A program made the position numbers and the translations under genes. Below, piece after piece: positions 45,139 through 55,054 of a stretch of 64,000 bases of DNA (positions are counted from its first letter, which is position 1; each line of letters begins with the position of its first letter). Source of the DNA: an uncultured Bacteroidota bacterium (lineage in GTDB: Bacteria > Bacteroidota > Ignavibacteria > UBA10030 > UBA6906); the NCBI GenBank assembly GCA_963700635.1, contig CAVOYH010000003.1, positions 512,001-576,000 on the forward strand, given 5' to 3'. The notes under the pieces were generated by a model. The model worked only from the letters and a program-made list of their open reading frames with translations. It was not told where the DNA came from and searched no databases.

Positions 45139-47148
45139 TCACCCCGGGTGGGGGTGTTCAATGGCCTCCAGGAGAAGCTCTGCAATATCTTTGATTTCCA
45201 CCTTATCACCGGCATCTTTTTCCTTCACACCATCCGTTAGCATGGTCAAGCAGAAGGGGCAGCCGGTGCCTATCACATCGGGTTGTAATGCAAGCGCCTC
45301 TTCGGTCCGCTCGATGTTCACCCGCTTTCCTTCCCGTTCCTCCATCCACATACGTCCGCCACCGGCGCCGCAGCAGAAACTCCGGTCGCGCGACCTGGGC
45401 ATTTCCACAGGCGCGTTGCCATTAAGCGATGCCAGAATATCCCTCGGGGCATCATACTCATCATGGTACCGGCCGAGGTAACAGGGATCATGGAACGTCA
45501 GTACTGACTGCCGTTCCGTACTGATACGAAGTTTTCCGTCCGCGATCAAATCCCGGAGTAGTGTCGAGTGATGGATGACCTCATAATCTCCCCCGAATTG
45601 TTTGTACTCTTTGCCGAGCGACTGCAGGCAGTGCGGACAGGTGACCACAATACGTTTCACACCGTATCCGTTCAGCGTGGCGATGTTCTCGGTCATCAGG
45701 GTCTGCGCAAGATATTCGTTGCCCATCCGGCGCGCGGGATCACCGTTACATTTTTCCTCCGTTCCCAGGATGGCGAATTGTACACCTGCAATGTTCAGCA
45801 GCTGCACGAATGCGCGGGCGACCTTTTGATACCGTGCATCATAAGATCCCGCACATCCCACCCAGAAGAGAAGATCCGTGGTCTTCACATCGGCCAGCAG
45901 CGGCACATCGAGCCCCTGGGCCCAGTCTGCCCGCGTTGAATGACCGAATGCCCATGGGGTGTAATTACGTTCGAGGTTTGAGAACACAACCTTGAGTTCA
46001 TCGGGGAACCGCGATTCGTTCAGCACGAGACCGCGGCGCATATCCACAATCGCTTCCACATGTTCGATCATCACCGGGCACTCCTGTACGCACGCCATGC
46101 AGGTCGTGCACGCCCACAATTCCTGCTCGGTGATGTAGTTATCCAGCAGCTGATTCCCGAGGGGGGATTCACCTTCCCCCTGCCCTGTCGTCGGCAGAAG
46201 AAACGGAGCTTTCTCCATGGTACGCGTCCGCATATCCACGAAGATCTTCTTCGGATTCAGGAGTTTCCCCGTAATGTTAGCCGGACACGAAGCCGTACAC
46301 CGTCCGCACTCTGTGCAGGTATAGCTGTTCAACAATTGTTTCCAGCTGAAGTCCTCAATATCTGTTGCACCAAATTTTGTGGCTGTTTCGTCGGCCAGAT
46401 TGATCGGTTTCAGGGCACCCCGCGGACCGAGGTCTGAAAAATAGACGTTGGGAATTGACGTGAGCACATGAAGATGTTTCGAGTAGGGCAGATAATTGAG
46501 AAAACCCAGCACCGCAATCATGTGTGCCCAGAGAAACACGGCGTACCAGACTGTCACTCCACCCGGGTCCGCGCCGTCGAAAAGGCCGGCAATCACCACG
46601 GAGAGAAACCGTGCGTTGTCGGTCGCCGCCGGATGCACAATCGTGCGAAGTGCATTCTGACCGAACATGGTGAGCATCACCGTAAGAATCAGGCCGAGGA
46701 TCAGTACGGCGTCCCATCGGGAGTGACCTTCGACCTGTAACCGTTTTGGGGGTGTAACAAGGCGCCGGAACATGGAGACCAGAACCGCAATCACAACCAG
46801 CATCCCAACCAGATCCTGGAGAAACGCGAGAGGGGGATAGAGTGGTCCAAGGAACGCAAACGAGAAGCCCGGGACCAACCCCTCCCCGATGGATTCCAGA
46901 ACTGCTGTGAGCAGCACAACAAAACCCCAGAAGATAAGGAAATGGAGCATCCCGGCAAGCGGCTCGCGCAGAAGTTTTGTCTGGCCAAATGCGATCCTGG
47001 CCACACGGGCAAGGCGTTGGCTCACCCGGTCAAATCGGTTTTCACTCTTCCCGACTTGGAGATATCCTATCAGACGCACGACATTCCGCCCGAAGAGCGT
47101 TAGTGCGGCAGCAAGCAGAACCCCGAAAAGAATGGGTTGAAAGGACAT
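45139..47148 (-). CDS. Membrane-bound Fe-S oxidoreductase (FadF / ETF:menaquinone oxidoreductase-like)
   Basis: Cytochrome b-like TM region (SKHLH), two 4Fe-4S motifs (CTECGRCTASCP, CTTCMACVQECP) and CCG domains (HDPCYLGR, FCCGAGGG, CPFC). Confidence 0.9.
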   Translation of the reverse strand: MSFQPILFGVLLAAALTLFGRNVVRLIGYLQVGKSENRFDRVSQRLARVARIAFGQTKLLREPLAGMLHFLIFWGFVVLLTAVLESIGEGLVPGFSFAFLGPLYPPLAFLQDLVGMLVVIAVLVSMFRRLVTPPKRLQVEGHSRWDAVLILGLILTVMLTMFGQNALRTIVHPAATDNARFLSVVIAGLFDGADPGGVTVWYAVFLWAHMIAVLGFLNYLPYSKHLHVLTSIPNVYFSDLGPRGALKPINLADETATKFGATDIEDFSWKQLLNSYTCTECGRCTASCPANITGKLLNPKKIFVDMRTRTMEKAPFLLPTTGQGEGESPLGNQLLDNYITEQELWACTTCMACVQECPVMIEHVEAIVDMRRGLVLNESRFPDELKVVFSNLERNYTPWAFGHSTRADWAQGLDVPLLADVKTTDLLFWVGCAGSYDARYQKVARAFVQLLNIAGVQFAILGTEEKCNGDPARRMGNEYLAQTLMTENIATLNGYGVKRIVVTCPHCLQSLGKEYKQFGGDYEVIHHSTLLRDLIADGKLRISTERQSVLTFHDPCYLGRYHDEYDAPRDILASLNGNAPVEMPRSRDRSFCCGAGGGRMWMEEREGKRVNIERTEEALALQPDVIGTGCPFCLTMLTDGVKEKDAGDKVEIKDIAELLLEAIEHPHPG

Positions 47149-47170
47149 GAGCTATTCTCCTGAGTAGTTG

Positions 47171-47986
47171 CTAAGCACCCCTCACCCTGGCCCCGCAAAG
47201 CATCGTTCCTTCTTTCACATAGACCAGTATCCCCTCCTGCACAAAGAAGGATTCCATAACAGGTCCTCTGGCATGGTGTGCCAGTGTGGCATCATGGACA
47301 ATTTTTCCCGTCCTCTGATCGGCGACCAGAAGAGCATGGTCCAGCGAATCGCCTCTCAATCTCTTCCGGCGGATGGCCGCTGACACAAAAAGAAACGGCG
47401 GCTGGTCGAGCAGTTCCGCGGTTCCGGAAATCCGATCCGGGTCCCACCGTTTGAGAACAACAGCACCAGCTGGATGCGTCGAAAGCTGTTCGACACTCAC
47501 TGCGTCCGGGAACGCGACATCTTCCCACCACGGACGGCCTGCCGGAGAAACCGGGTCGTGCATAGTGGTATCGGAGAGGATGTCCCCGTTACGGCTATGG
47601 ACAACGAGGGTTCCCTGGCCGGACCGATGGTCACCACGCACGATCAACTGATCACCATTGACACCTTCAAGGGTCCAGGCGGAATTGGACCAGAGCACTT
47701 TTCCGAGCGGGATGTCCACGACGGTAATGCCCTGGTGCACGGGAAGGTCGGGAGAGGCAAAGCCGTGAACAAACAACAGATCCCCTTCCACGCGGTCGAT
47801 TCCCGTCCACCATTGTTCCTGCGCACCAAGCCGCTTCCAGAGAACCGTTCCGGAGGGAAACTCCAGGGCAAAAAAAGTGACGGTGCGTTTTTTGAGATCC
47901 CGCTCTTCTCCGATGATTCGTCCGGACACCGCAGGGTGCACACGCCAGATGGCCCCTCCGGGCGCAAATGTCCAGGAGCGCTTCAC
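47171..47986 (-). CDS. DUF4905-like beta-propeller protein
   Basis: IWR...GEERD, EQWW, LPVHQGI..VD...GKVLW and ESFFV motifs. Confidence 0.65.
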   Translation of the reverse strand: MKRSWTFAPGGAIWRVHPAVSGRIIGEERDLKKRTVTFFALEFPSGTVLWKRLGAQEQWWTGIDRVEGDLLFVHGFASPDLPVHQGITVVDIPLGKVLWSNSAWTLEGVNGDQLIVRGDHRSGQGTLVVHSRNGDILSDTTMHDPVSPAGRPWWEDVAFPDAVSVEQLSTHPAGAVVLKRWDPDRISGTAELLDQPPFLFVSAAIRRKRLRGDSLDHALLVADQRTGKIVHDATLAHHARGPVMESFFVQEGILVYVKEGTMLCGARVRGA

Positions 47987-48579
47987 CAGCCCGTACTCCG
48001 CAGATATGCTTTCAGCGCCATAAGCGCACGGGCGCGGTGGCTGAGCGTATTCTTGAGGGTAAGATCCATCTCGCCAAATGTTGTGTCATGTCCGTCAGGA
48101 CGGAAGACCGGATCATACCCGAACCCGCGGGAGCCGCGCGGGTGTTCGACAATAACCCCACGGCAAACACCTTCAACAACATGATGGGTCCGTTCATTCT
48201 GAACGAACGCGATGGCACAGCGGAACTGTGCTGCACGCCGCCGGGCAGGAACGCCGCGCATGAGGCGGAGGAGTTTGGTACAGTTCTCCGCGTACGTTGC
48301 CTCCGGCCCCGCGAAGCGTGAGGAGTATACGCCGGGTTGGTCGTTCAGATAATGGACTTCCAGTCCGGTGTCGTCCCCGATGGATGGAATTCCCGTACGC
48401 TGGAATGCCTCCATAGCCTTTTTTAATGCGTTTCCTTCAAGAGTGTCCGCGTCTTCGATCGTCGGAGGATATGGAGGATAGTCACCCGGCAAGGTTAGTT
48501 GAATCGGAAGCTCCGCCAGGAGCTCACGGACTTCAATCGCTTTGTCAGGGTTGTTCGATGCCAGGAGGAGTGTTTTCAT
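47983..48579 (-). CDS. rdgB: Non-canonical purine NTP pyrophosphatase (RdgB/HAM1)
   Basis: ASNNPDK, NALKKA, DDTGLEV, PGVYSSR, GFGYDP and KNTLSHR motifs. Confidence 0.95.
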   Translation of the reverse strand: MKTLLLASNNPDKAIEVRELLAELPIQLTLPGDYPPYPPTIEDADTLEGNALKKAMEAFQRTGIPSIGDDTGLEVHYLNDQPGVYSSRFAGPEATYAENCTKLLRLMRGVPARRRAAQFRCAIAFVQNERTHHVVEGVCRGVIVEHPRGSRGFGYDPVFRPDGHDTTFGEMDLTLKNTLSHRARALMALKAYLRSTGW

Positions 48580-49928
48580 CGGATCTCTGCTCGGCTGAGA
48601 AGTGCGGGGAGTTGGGCGTGCGCATCCTGTCGTGTTCGTTCCACATTAATCGTCGTGTGGAAACCGTTCCGGTAGACCCAGACGCCGTCTGCCATCACAG
48701 CGTGGACGTTTTCGGGCCCGGCGGAATGGACAATGCTGACTGCGAGGTCATCCGGCGACAGTGAGGGGGGTGTATTCCACAATCGAGACAGGTCAAGGAG
48801 GACCAGGTCTGCCCGTTTGCCGGCTTCGAGACTTCCAATCTCCTTGTCCAGCCCCAGCGCTTCAGCGCCCCCGATGGTGGCCATCCGGAAAACGGTTCGT
48901 GCAGGCATTGATGTCGGTCCGTGAACCGGTTTCTGGATCAGCGCCGCCAGCCGCATCTCCTGAAACATATTTAATGTGTTGTTGCAGGGAGCGCCATCGG
49001 CGCCCAGCGACACCTGGATTCCGCGTGCCAGATAACGCGGAATTGCAGCAATACCGGATCCAAGTTTCAGGTTGGACGACGGACAGTGCAGGATCTTTGC
49101 CTGATGTTGCGCCATCAGGTCAATCTCACGATCATTCAGCCAGATACCATGCGCAAGACAGGTGGCGTGATTGAGTATTCCCAGGGCCCCGAAGTATTCC
49201 ACGTTGTCCATACCGCAGCGGGCGCGGACGGCATCCAGTTCATGCCGGTTTTCCGAAGCGTGTGTATGGAAGAGCATCCCGGGGAAAGAACGGGTCATGG
49301 CATGCGCTTCCCGTAACAGCGGTTCGCTGCAAGAGAGGACGAACCGCGGAGCGACGGCATACCGGATCCGGCCACCCGCACTTCCGTGCCATTGTTCCGC
49401 CTGTCGTAGTGTGGAATCCAGTGCGTCTTTCGTGCTTTCACGGAGCGGTGGATGGAGTTCATTCATATCCATCATGGCCTTGCCAAGAAACGCACGGATG
49501 CCCGATTCCGTCACTGCGCGAACGACTTCTTCTTCGTGATGGACGCTTCCCATATCCATGATCGTCGTCGTTCCGGACCGGATGAGCTCGGCCAGCCCGA
49601 TGCGCGCAGAGGCGTACATGGATGCCGCGGAGTGCGCCGCCTCAAGGGGAAAAATCCGTTGTCGCAGCCAGTCGAGCAGTTCAACATCTTCTGCCAGACC
49701 ACGGAACAGCGTCTGGCAAAGATGGATGTGGGTGTGCACAAACCCGGGAATGGCCACCATGTTCTTCGCATCCACAATCGTCCGGTTATCATCGGGGAGC
49801 AACTGTAGATCTTCGGCCGTCATGACACGTTCGATGATGCTCCCGTTGACGAGCAGGGCTCCGTCGGTAATGACGGAATCAAACGCATCAGCGGTGACAA
49901 TGGCACCGGGTTTGATCAATGTTCGCAT
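48576..49928 (-). CDS. Amidohydrolase, 5'-deoxyadenosine / MTA-SAH deaminase family
   Basis: HTHIH, HTHASE, AHGIW, HCPSSNLKLGSG and GADG..CNN motifs. Confidence 0.88.
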   Translation of the reverse strand: MRTLIKPGAIVTADAFDSVITDGALLVNGSIIERVMTAEDLQLLPDDNRTIVDAKNMVAIPGFVHTHIHLCQTLFRGLAEDVELLDWLRQRIFPLEAAHSAASMYASARIGLAELIRSGTTTIMDMGSVHHEEEVVRAVTESGIRAFLGKAMMDMNELHPPLRESTKDALDSTLRQAEQWHGSAGGRIRYAVAPRFVLSCSEPLLREAHAMTRSFPGMLFHTHASENRHELDAVRARCGMDNVEYFGALGILNHATCLAHGIWLNDREIDLMAQHQAKILHCPSSNLKLGSGIAAIPRYLARGIQVSLGADGAPCNNTLNMFQEMRLAALIQKPVHGPTSMPARTVFRMATIGGAEALGLDKEIGSLEAGKRADLVLLDLSRLWNTPPSLSPDDLAVSIVHSAGPENVHAVMADGVWVYRNGFHTTINVERTRQDAHAQLPALLSRAEIR

Positions 49929-51304
49929 CAGCGGCTGCCTCCTTCGCCGAGCAGTGCGGTCATGGCTTCATTCACGGATTCCACTTCGATGAGTGTGAGA
50001 CCTGCAGGGATCCGTGCGGCCTGGGCATTGTTGCGGGGAAGGACAATACATTTGAACCCGAGTTTCTGCACCTCCGCGAGGCGCTTGTCCATTTGATGGA
50101 TAGAGCGGATCTCTCCCCCGAGTCCAACTTCACCGATGACGGCGGCATCAGCGCGGACAGGGGTGTCACGCAGACTCGAAGCAATGGCGACGGCCATACC
50201 CAGATCGGCTGCAGGTTCGTCCACACGAACGCCGCCTGCGACATTGACAAACACGTCGTACTGGCCAAGCCGGAGACCCGCACGCTTTTCCAGCACTGCC
50301 AGAATCATCTGTAATCGCCGGCTGTCGAACCCGGTGGCAGTCCGCTGTGGCACCCCGTAACTTGTGGGAGCGACAAGAGCCTGTACTTCGACAAGAAGCG
50401 GTCGTGTCCCCTCCATACCCGCCACAACCGCAGAACCCGAGGCATCAGTCCGTCGTTCTGCAAGGAACACTGCCGATGGATTTTCGACCTCCCGCAACCC
50501 GGTATCGTGCATCTCAAAGATGCCGATCTCGTTTGTCGAACCAAACCTGTTTTTGATCGCCCGGATAATTCTGTACGCGTAATGGCGTTCGCCCTCAAAC
50601 ATGAGCACGGCGTCAACCATGTGTTCAACGACTTTGGGACCGGCGATGACGCCTTCTTTGGTCACATGGCCTACAAGAAAAACAGGAACATTGTTGGTTT
50701 TCGCGTGCCTCATAAACACACTTGTTGCCTCCCGCACCTGGCTGACCGTGCCGGGGGCACTCTCCAGGTGAGGATGATACATGGTTTGAACGGAGTCAAC
50801 GATCACCAGTTCTGCACTGGAATGCTCCAGCGTCGCACTGATCGTCTCCAGGTTTGTATCTGCAAGCAGAAGGACACGGTCAGAGGGTTTGGGTTCAAGG
50901 CGGTCAGCACGGAGACGGATCTGGGAGGCCGATTCTTCACCGGTAACATACAGTGTTGTCACGGAGCGTAACGAGGCCGCAAGCTGCATCATCAGTGTTG
51001 ATTTTCCGATACCCGGATCTCCACCCACCAGCACAACGGAACCGGGCACGATTCCACCCCCGAGGACGCGGTCAAGTTCAGGAATATGTGTTGTGAGCCG
51101 CGGCTCCGGGGCCGCCGGAATATCGGTAATGGCAACGGGCTCGAGGCCGCGGGGTTTGTTTCGGTTTTTTTTCTGTGCGGCTCCGCCTGTACGCACCTCT
51201 TCAACAAAGGAGTTCCAGGCATTACAGTTCGGGCAGCGCCCCACCCACCGGGGGGATTCATTCGCGCAGGCCTGACAGACGTAGATGGATTGATTTCTGG
51301 GCAT
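49928..51304 (-). CDS. radA: DNA repair protein RadA/Sms
   Basis: Start reassigned to 51304. Zn finger CQAC..CPNC, GDPGIGKST, KNRFG and Lon-like C-terminus. Confidence 0.97.
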   Translation of the reverse strand: MPRNQSIYVCQACANESPRWVGRCPNCNAWNSFVEEVRTGGAAQKKNRNKPRGLEPVAITDIPAAPEPRLTTHIPELDRVLGGGIVPGSVVLVGGDPGIGKSTLMMQLAASLRSVTTLYVTGEESASQIRLRADRLEPKPSDRVLLLADTNLETISATLEHSSAELVIVDSVQTMYHPHLESAPGTVSQVREATSVFMRHAKTNNVPVFLVGHVTKEGVIAGPKVVEHMVDAVLMFEGERHYAYRIIRAIKNRFGSTNEIGIFEMHDTGLREVENPSAVFLAERRTDASGSAVVAGMEGTRPLLVEVQALVAPTSYGVPQRTATGFDSRRLQMILAVLEKRAGLRLGQYDVFVNVAGGVRVDEPAADLGMAVAIASSLRDTPVRADAAVIGEVGLGGEIRSIHQMDKRLAEVQKLGFKCIVLPRNNAQAARIPAGLTLIEVESVNEAMTALLGEGGSR

Positions 51305-51391
51305 GGAGGTGTCTATTAATATAGCGAAACCCTGATATTTTTGCATCCCCATATCAGACATAATATTTGTATATTAACCCCCGAACATTCA

Positions 51392-53176
51392 ATGCGGGAA
51401 ATCGTGCGGATGATTGGTCTCAGATCCTGTGTCATTGTCGCCTTCTTGTTCGTTTTCTCCCTGTCATCATTCTCCCGTCCCTCAAAATCTGTATCTCCCC
51501 CCGGAAGCGAGGTCCGCGCCGTATGGATAACGACGGCTTCCGGACTCGATTGGCCCCCTTCGGCAAGCCGGAGTGCGCAACAGAGCAGCCTGCGACGCAT
51601 CGTGCTGGAACTCAAGGAAAGAGGATTTAATACCCTCTTCTTCCAGGTCCGTGCCCGCGGTGACGCGTACTATCGTTCCCGGTTTGAGCCCTGGGCAGAG
51701 AATCTTACGGGTGTTCTGGGAAAAGATCCGGGGTGGGACCCTCTGGCCTTCCTTCTTCACGAAGCCCACGCACAAGGGCTTGAGGTTCATGCATGGATCA
51801 ATGTCTTCAAAATCCGCGGGCCCAATCCCGTTCCGCCCAGCACTCCCGAACACCCATCGCGTTCACTGGCCGGATCGTGCATCGTTCAGGGCGGCGAACT
51901 CTGGATGGATCCCGGACAGCCCGCGGTGCGCACCTACCTTGTCAACCTCGTCATGGACATCGTCCGGTCGTACGATATCGATGGCATCAATTTTGACTTT
52001 ATACGATATCCCGGAAATCGTTTTGCCGACGAGGAAACATATAGCCGATACGGCCGGGGCCTCTCCCTTCATGAATGGCGAAGAGGCAATATTACCGACT
52101 TCGTGCGGGAAGTGTACCACCGGGCGATTGACGTAAAACCTCTGCTCAAGATCGGTTCATCACCTCTCGGTGTGTACCGCGACGATACCAACGGCCGGCA
52201 GAGGGGGAGTTACTACTGGGTGTTCCAGGATTCCTACAGGTGGTTGCGCGAGGGCGTCATGGATTATTTGTCACCGCAGGTGTACTGGATGATCAATCCG
52301 TGGAACGGTGAGCCCGACTTCGCACGCGTTGTTACCCGATGGAGCGAGCTGTCAGCCGGAAGGCATGTGTATGCAGGGATCGCGGCATACCGGCCGGATA
52401 TTCAAAAGAATCTTCAGCCTTATGTTGATTCAAGCCGGGCGGTACATCTCCAGGGTCACGTTTTTTTTCGATGGGAAAGTATAACCCCGACCACGTTTCC
52501 CGGCACACGATATCCGACGCTGGCAAACATCCCCCCCATGGCGTGGAAGGACTCAATCCCTCCCAATCCGGTGACGGACATTTCCGTTGCGGAAGCTGAA
52601 CCGGGGGTCTATCGCGTACAATGGAGTCGTCCGGCAATGGCTTCGGATGGTGATACCGCACGCTACTACAATGTGTACCGTTGGACAATCCCCCATATCC
52701 CCCTCCATCTTCCTGAGGCCCGTCTCGCCATCACCCTGCCTGGCACATTTTCTTTCGTGGATTCCACCGCGGGAGACGGGCGATCGCGGTTCTTTTACGC
52801 CGTGACTGCGTTTGACCGAATGCACAACGAAAGTCTGCCTTCACCTGTGGTCTCTACACATGCTGAACCGGTCTTGATCGCCCGTCCACCGTCACCCCCA
52901 AAACCTGTATCCCTGAGTGTGACTGTCGAACATGCCACCGGACTTCCCACCCAGGTGCGCTACAGCCTTCCTCTAAAAACACGGGTTGCTCTTGATATTG
53001 TTCTCAGACGAGACGGCATTCCCGACACCCTTCAGGCCATGCTCGTGAGGGCCGTCCAGGAGGAAGGAACCTACCGGGTGAATATCAACAACATTCAGTT
53101 GCCGGCCGGATCGTATATCCTCCGGTTGACAACGGAACTGAACACGGTTGAACAGGATCTCACCGTTGAGCCGTAG
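51392..53176 (+). CDS. GHL10/DUF187 (DigH/YddW-like) glycoside hydrolase with an FN3-like domain and a degenerate T9SS-like C-terminal domain
   Basis: EVRAVWITT..GLDWP, FFQVR, WDPL, EVHAW, YDIDGINFD and DYLSPQVYW motifs; FN3 (YNVYR...YAVTAFDRMHNES). Start is 51392 or 51410. Confidence 0.85.
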   Translation: MREIVRMIGLRSCVIVAFLFVFSLSSFSRPSKSVSPPGSEVRAVWITTASGLDWPPSASRSAQQSSLRRIVLELKERGFNTLFFQVRARGDAYYRSRFEPWAENLTGVLGKDPGWDPLAFLLHEAHAQGLEVHAWINVFKIRGPNPVPPSTPEHPSRSLAGSCIVQGGELWMDPGQPAVRTYLVNLVMDIVRSYDIDGINFDFIRYPGNRFADEETYSRYGRGLSLHEWRRGNITDFVREVYHRAIDVKPLLKIGSSPLGVYRDDTNGRQRGSYYWVFQDSYRWLREGVMDYLSPQVYWMINPWNGEPDFARVVTRWSELSAGRHVYAGIAAYRPDIQKNLQPYVDSSRAVHLQGHVFFRWESITPTTFPGTRYPTLANIPPMAWKDSIPPNPVTDISVAEAEPGVYRVQWSRPAMASDGDTARYYNVYRWTIPHIPLHLPEARLAITLPGTFSFVDSTAGDGRSRFFYAVTAFDRMHNESLPSPVVSTHAEPVLIARPPSPPKPVSLSVTVEHATGLPTQVRYSLPLKTRVALDIVLRRDGIPDTLQAMLVRAVQEEGTYRVNINNIQLPAGSYILRLTTELNTVEQDLTVEP

Positions 53177-53266
53177 TCTTCGTCCCTTCCCGCGGCAACA
53201 AAGACCATTGATCGCCAGGGGTGAATGTCACCAACAGTACAACCGTAGTTGATGCCAGGAAGAAGC

Positions 53267-54547
53267 TTATTGAAGGCCCATCACGCGGACCAACCAGAGG
53301 CTCAGGTCCGGAACGTACGTAATGATGGCCAGTGCAATCACGAGGATCAGCATAAACGGAAGGACCGAGCGGACCACAGTAAACACCGGTTTGTCGAAGC
53401 GCAGGCTGGAAATAAACAGATTAAGTCCGACCGGGGGGGTAAGATAACCAATCTCCAGGTTGGTGAGGAACACAATCCCGAGATGTACCGGATCAACACC
53501 ATAGGCCTGGGCGATAGGTATGATCAGGGGGACCACCACAATGATGGCCGAAAAAATGTCCATCATCATTCCCACGATGATCAGAAACACATTCAGGATG
53601 AGGAGAAAGACGATGGGATCGTTGATCAACGTCTTCGTCATTTCGAACAACTGCATGGGCACCTGTTCATCCACCAGGTAATTGGTCAACCCCATGGCTG
53701 TGCCAATAATCATCAGGATTGCCCCCACAAGAAGCATGCTCTCCCGCATGACCCGGGGGATATCAGGAAACAACTTCAGATCGTGATACACGAACACTTC
53801 CACGATCAGCACATAGAATGCTGTCACCGCAGCAGCTTCGGTTGCAGTTACAATTCCGGTATAGATGCCGCCGATAATCAGGACGGGGAGCGGGATTTCC
53901 CATGCTGTTTTCCGGAGGGCGGTCCACACATCACGCAGGACGAACGGCGTTCGGGGGACTTTTACCCGGACGCCATAACGAATACTGTAGGCACCGAGGG
54001 CGAGGACGAGCAGGGTGCCGGGAATGATCCCGGCCGCGAAGAGTTTATCAACACTGATCTTTGCGATGACGGCGTACAGGATCAAAGGGAGGCTTGGCGG
54101 GAATAGCAGTCCGAGGCTCCCCGATGTCGTGACCAGTCCGAGCGAGAACCGCTCGCTGTATTTCTCATTCAGAAGGATGGGATACAGCAATCCGCCCAGC
54201 GCGACGATCGTTACACCCGACGCACCCGTAAACGCGGTAAACAGGGCACACGTGATGAGGGCGACAACGGCGAGTCCTCCCGGTATCCACCCGAACAGCG
54301 CACGGGCGAGGTTCACGAGGCGTGTTGGCGCCTTACTCTCTGCAAGAATGTATCCTGCAAATGTGAAAAGCGGTATTGCAACCAGCGTCGGGTTGCTGCC
54401 AATACGGTACAGCTCCACAATCACGGCGGATGAATCGATGCCTTCGGCGGTAAAACTCATCATGGCAACGGCGCCGATGACGGCAAACAACGGAGCGCCC
54501 AGGAGTGCCAGAAGAACAAACGCCGCACCGATCAGCAGGGTTTCCAT
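53267..54547 (-). CDS. dctM: TRAP transporter large permease DctM
   Basis: LVAIPLFTFAG, TGASG, LGLLFPPS, TATEAA, DPVHLG and GYLTPPVGLNLF motifs. Confidence 0.94.
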   Translation of the reverse strand: METLLIGAAFVLLALLGAPLFAVIGAVAMMSFTAEGIDSSAVIVELYRIGSNPTLVAIPLFTFAGYILAESKAPTRLVNLARALFGWIPGGLAVVALITCALFTAFTGASGVTIVALGGLLYPILLNEKYSERFSLGLVTTSGSLGLLFPPSLPLILYAVIAKISVDKLFAAGIIPGTLLVLALGAYSIRYGVRVKVPRTPFVLRDVWTALRKTAWEIPLPVLIIGGIYTGIVTATEAAAVTAFYVLIVEVFVYHDLKLFPDIPRVMRESMLLVGAILMIIGTAMGLTNYLVDEQVPMQLFEMTKTLINDPIVFLLILNVFLIIVGMMMDIFSAIIVVVPLIIPIAQAYGVDPVHLGIVFLTNLEIGYLTPPVGLNLFISSLRFDKPVFTVVRSVLPFMLILVIALAIITYVPDLSLWLVRVMGLQ

Positions 54548-54550
54548 CGG

Positions 54551-55054
54551 CTACCGTCCCGACTCCGCCTGCGGCCACAGGAGCGAGAGTATCTGGCCGA
54601 TAACCCGGAGGCCGAAATGCACCATAATGAGGGCATAGCCGAACGGGATGATTACCACAGCTACCCAGCCTGGCAACGACAGGATAAATTCACCCCCCGA
54701 TTCCATCTCGTTCAGCAAGAATGTCCACGATGCCATGGTGAGATAGTAGCACACAACAGCGGCAAAAAGGTTGGTAAGTATGCCCGTGAGGGATTTTACG
54801 CGTGCGGAAAAAAATTTGGTGAGGGCGTCGATACTGATGTGACGGCCTTCGAATGCAGCCAATGCCCCCCCGACAAACCCCGCCCACAGCACCATGTGGC
54901 GTACAAGTGTATCTCCCCAGATCAATCCTGTGCCGAACACGTTCCGGAGAACAACCTGCGCAAAGGCAAAGAGCACCATGGTACCCAGAAAGACGACCAG
55001 AAGGACGGTCTCGACCTTTGCCAGGGCACGATCTATACTGACAATCAGATTCAT
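54551..55054 (-). CDS. dctQ: TRAP transporter small permease DctQ
   Basis: QVVLRN, W...LVR...LW..FVGG and RHISID motifs; four TMs. Confidence 0.9.
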   Translation of the reverse strand: MNLIVSIDRALAKVETVLLVVFLGTMVLFAFAQVVLRNVFGTGLIWGDTLVRHMVLWAGFVGGALAAFEGRHISIDALTKFFSARVKSLTGILTNLFAAVVCYYLTMASWTFLLNEMESGGEFILSLPGWVAVVIIPFGYALIMVHFGLRVIGQILSLLWPQAESGR

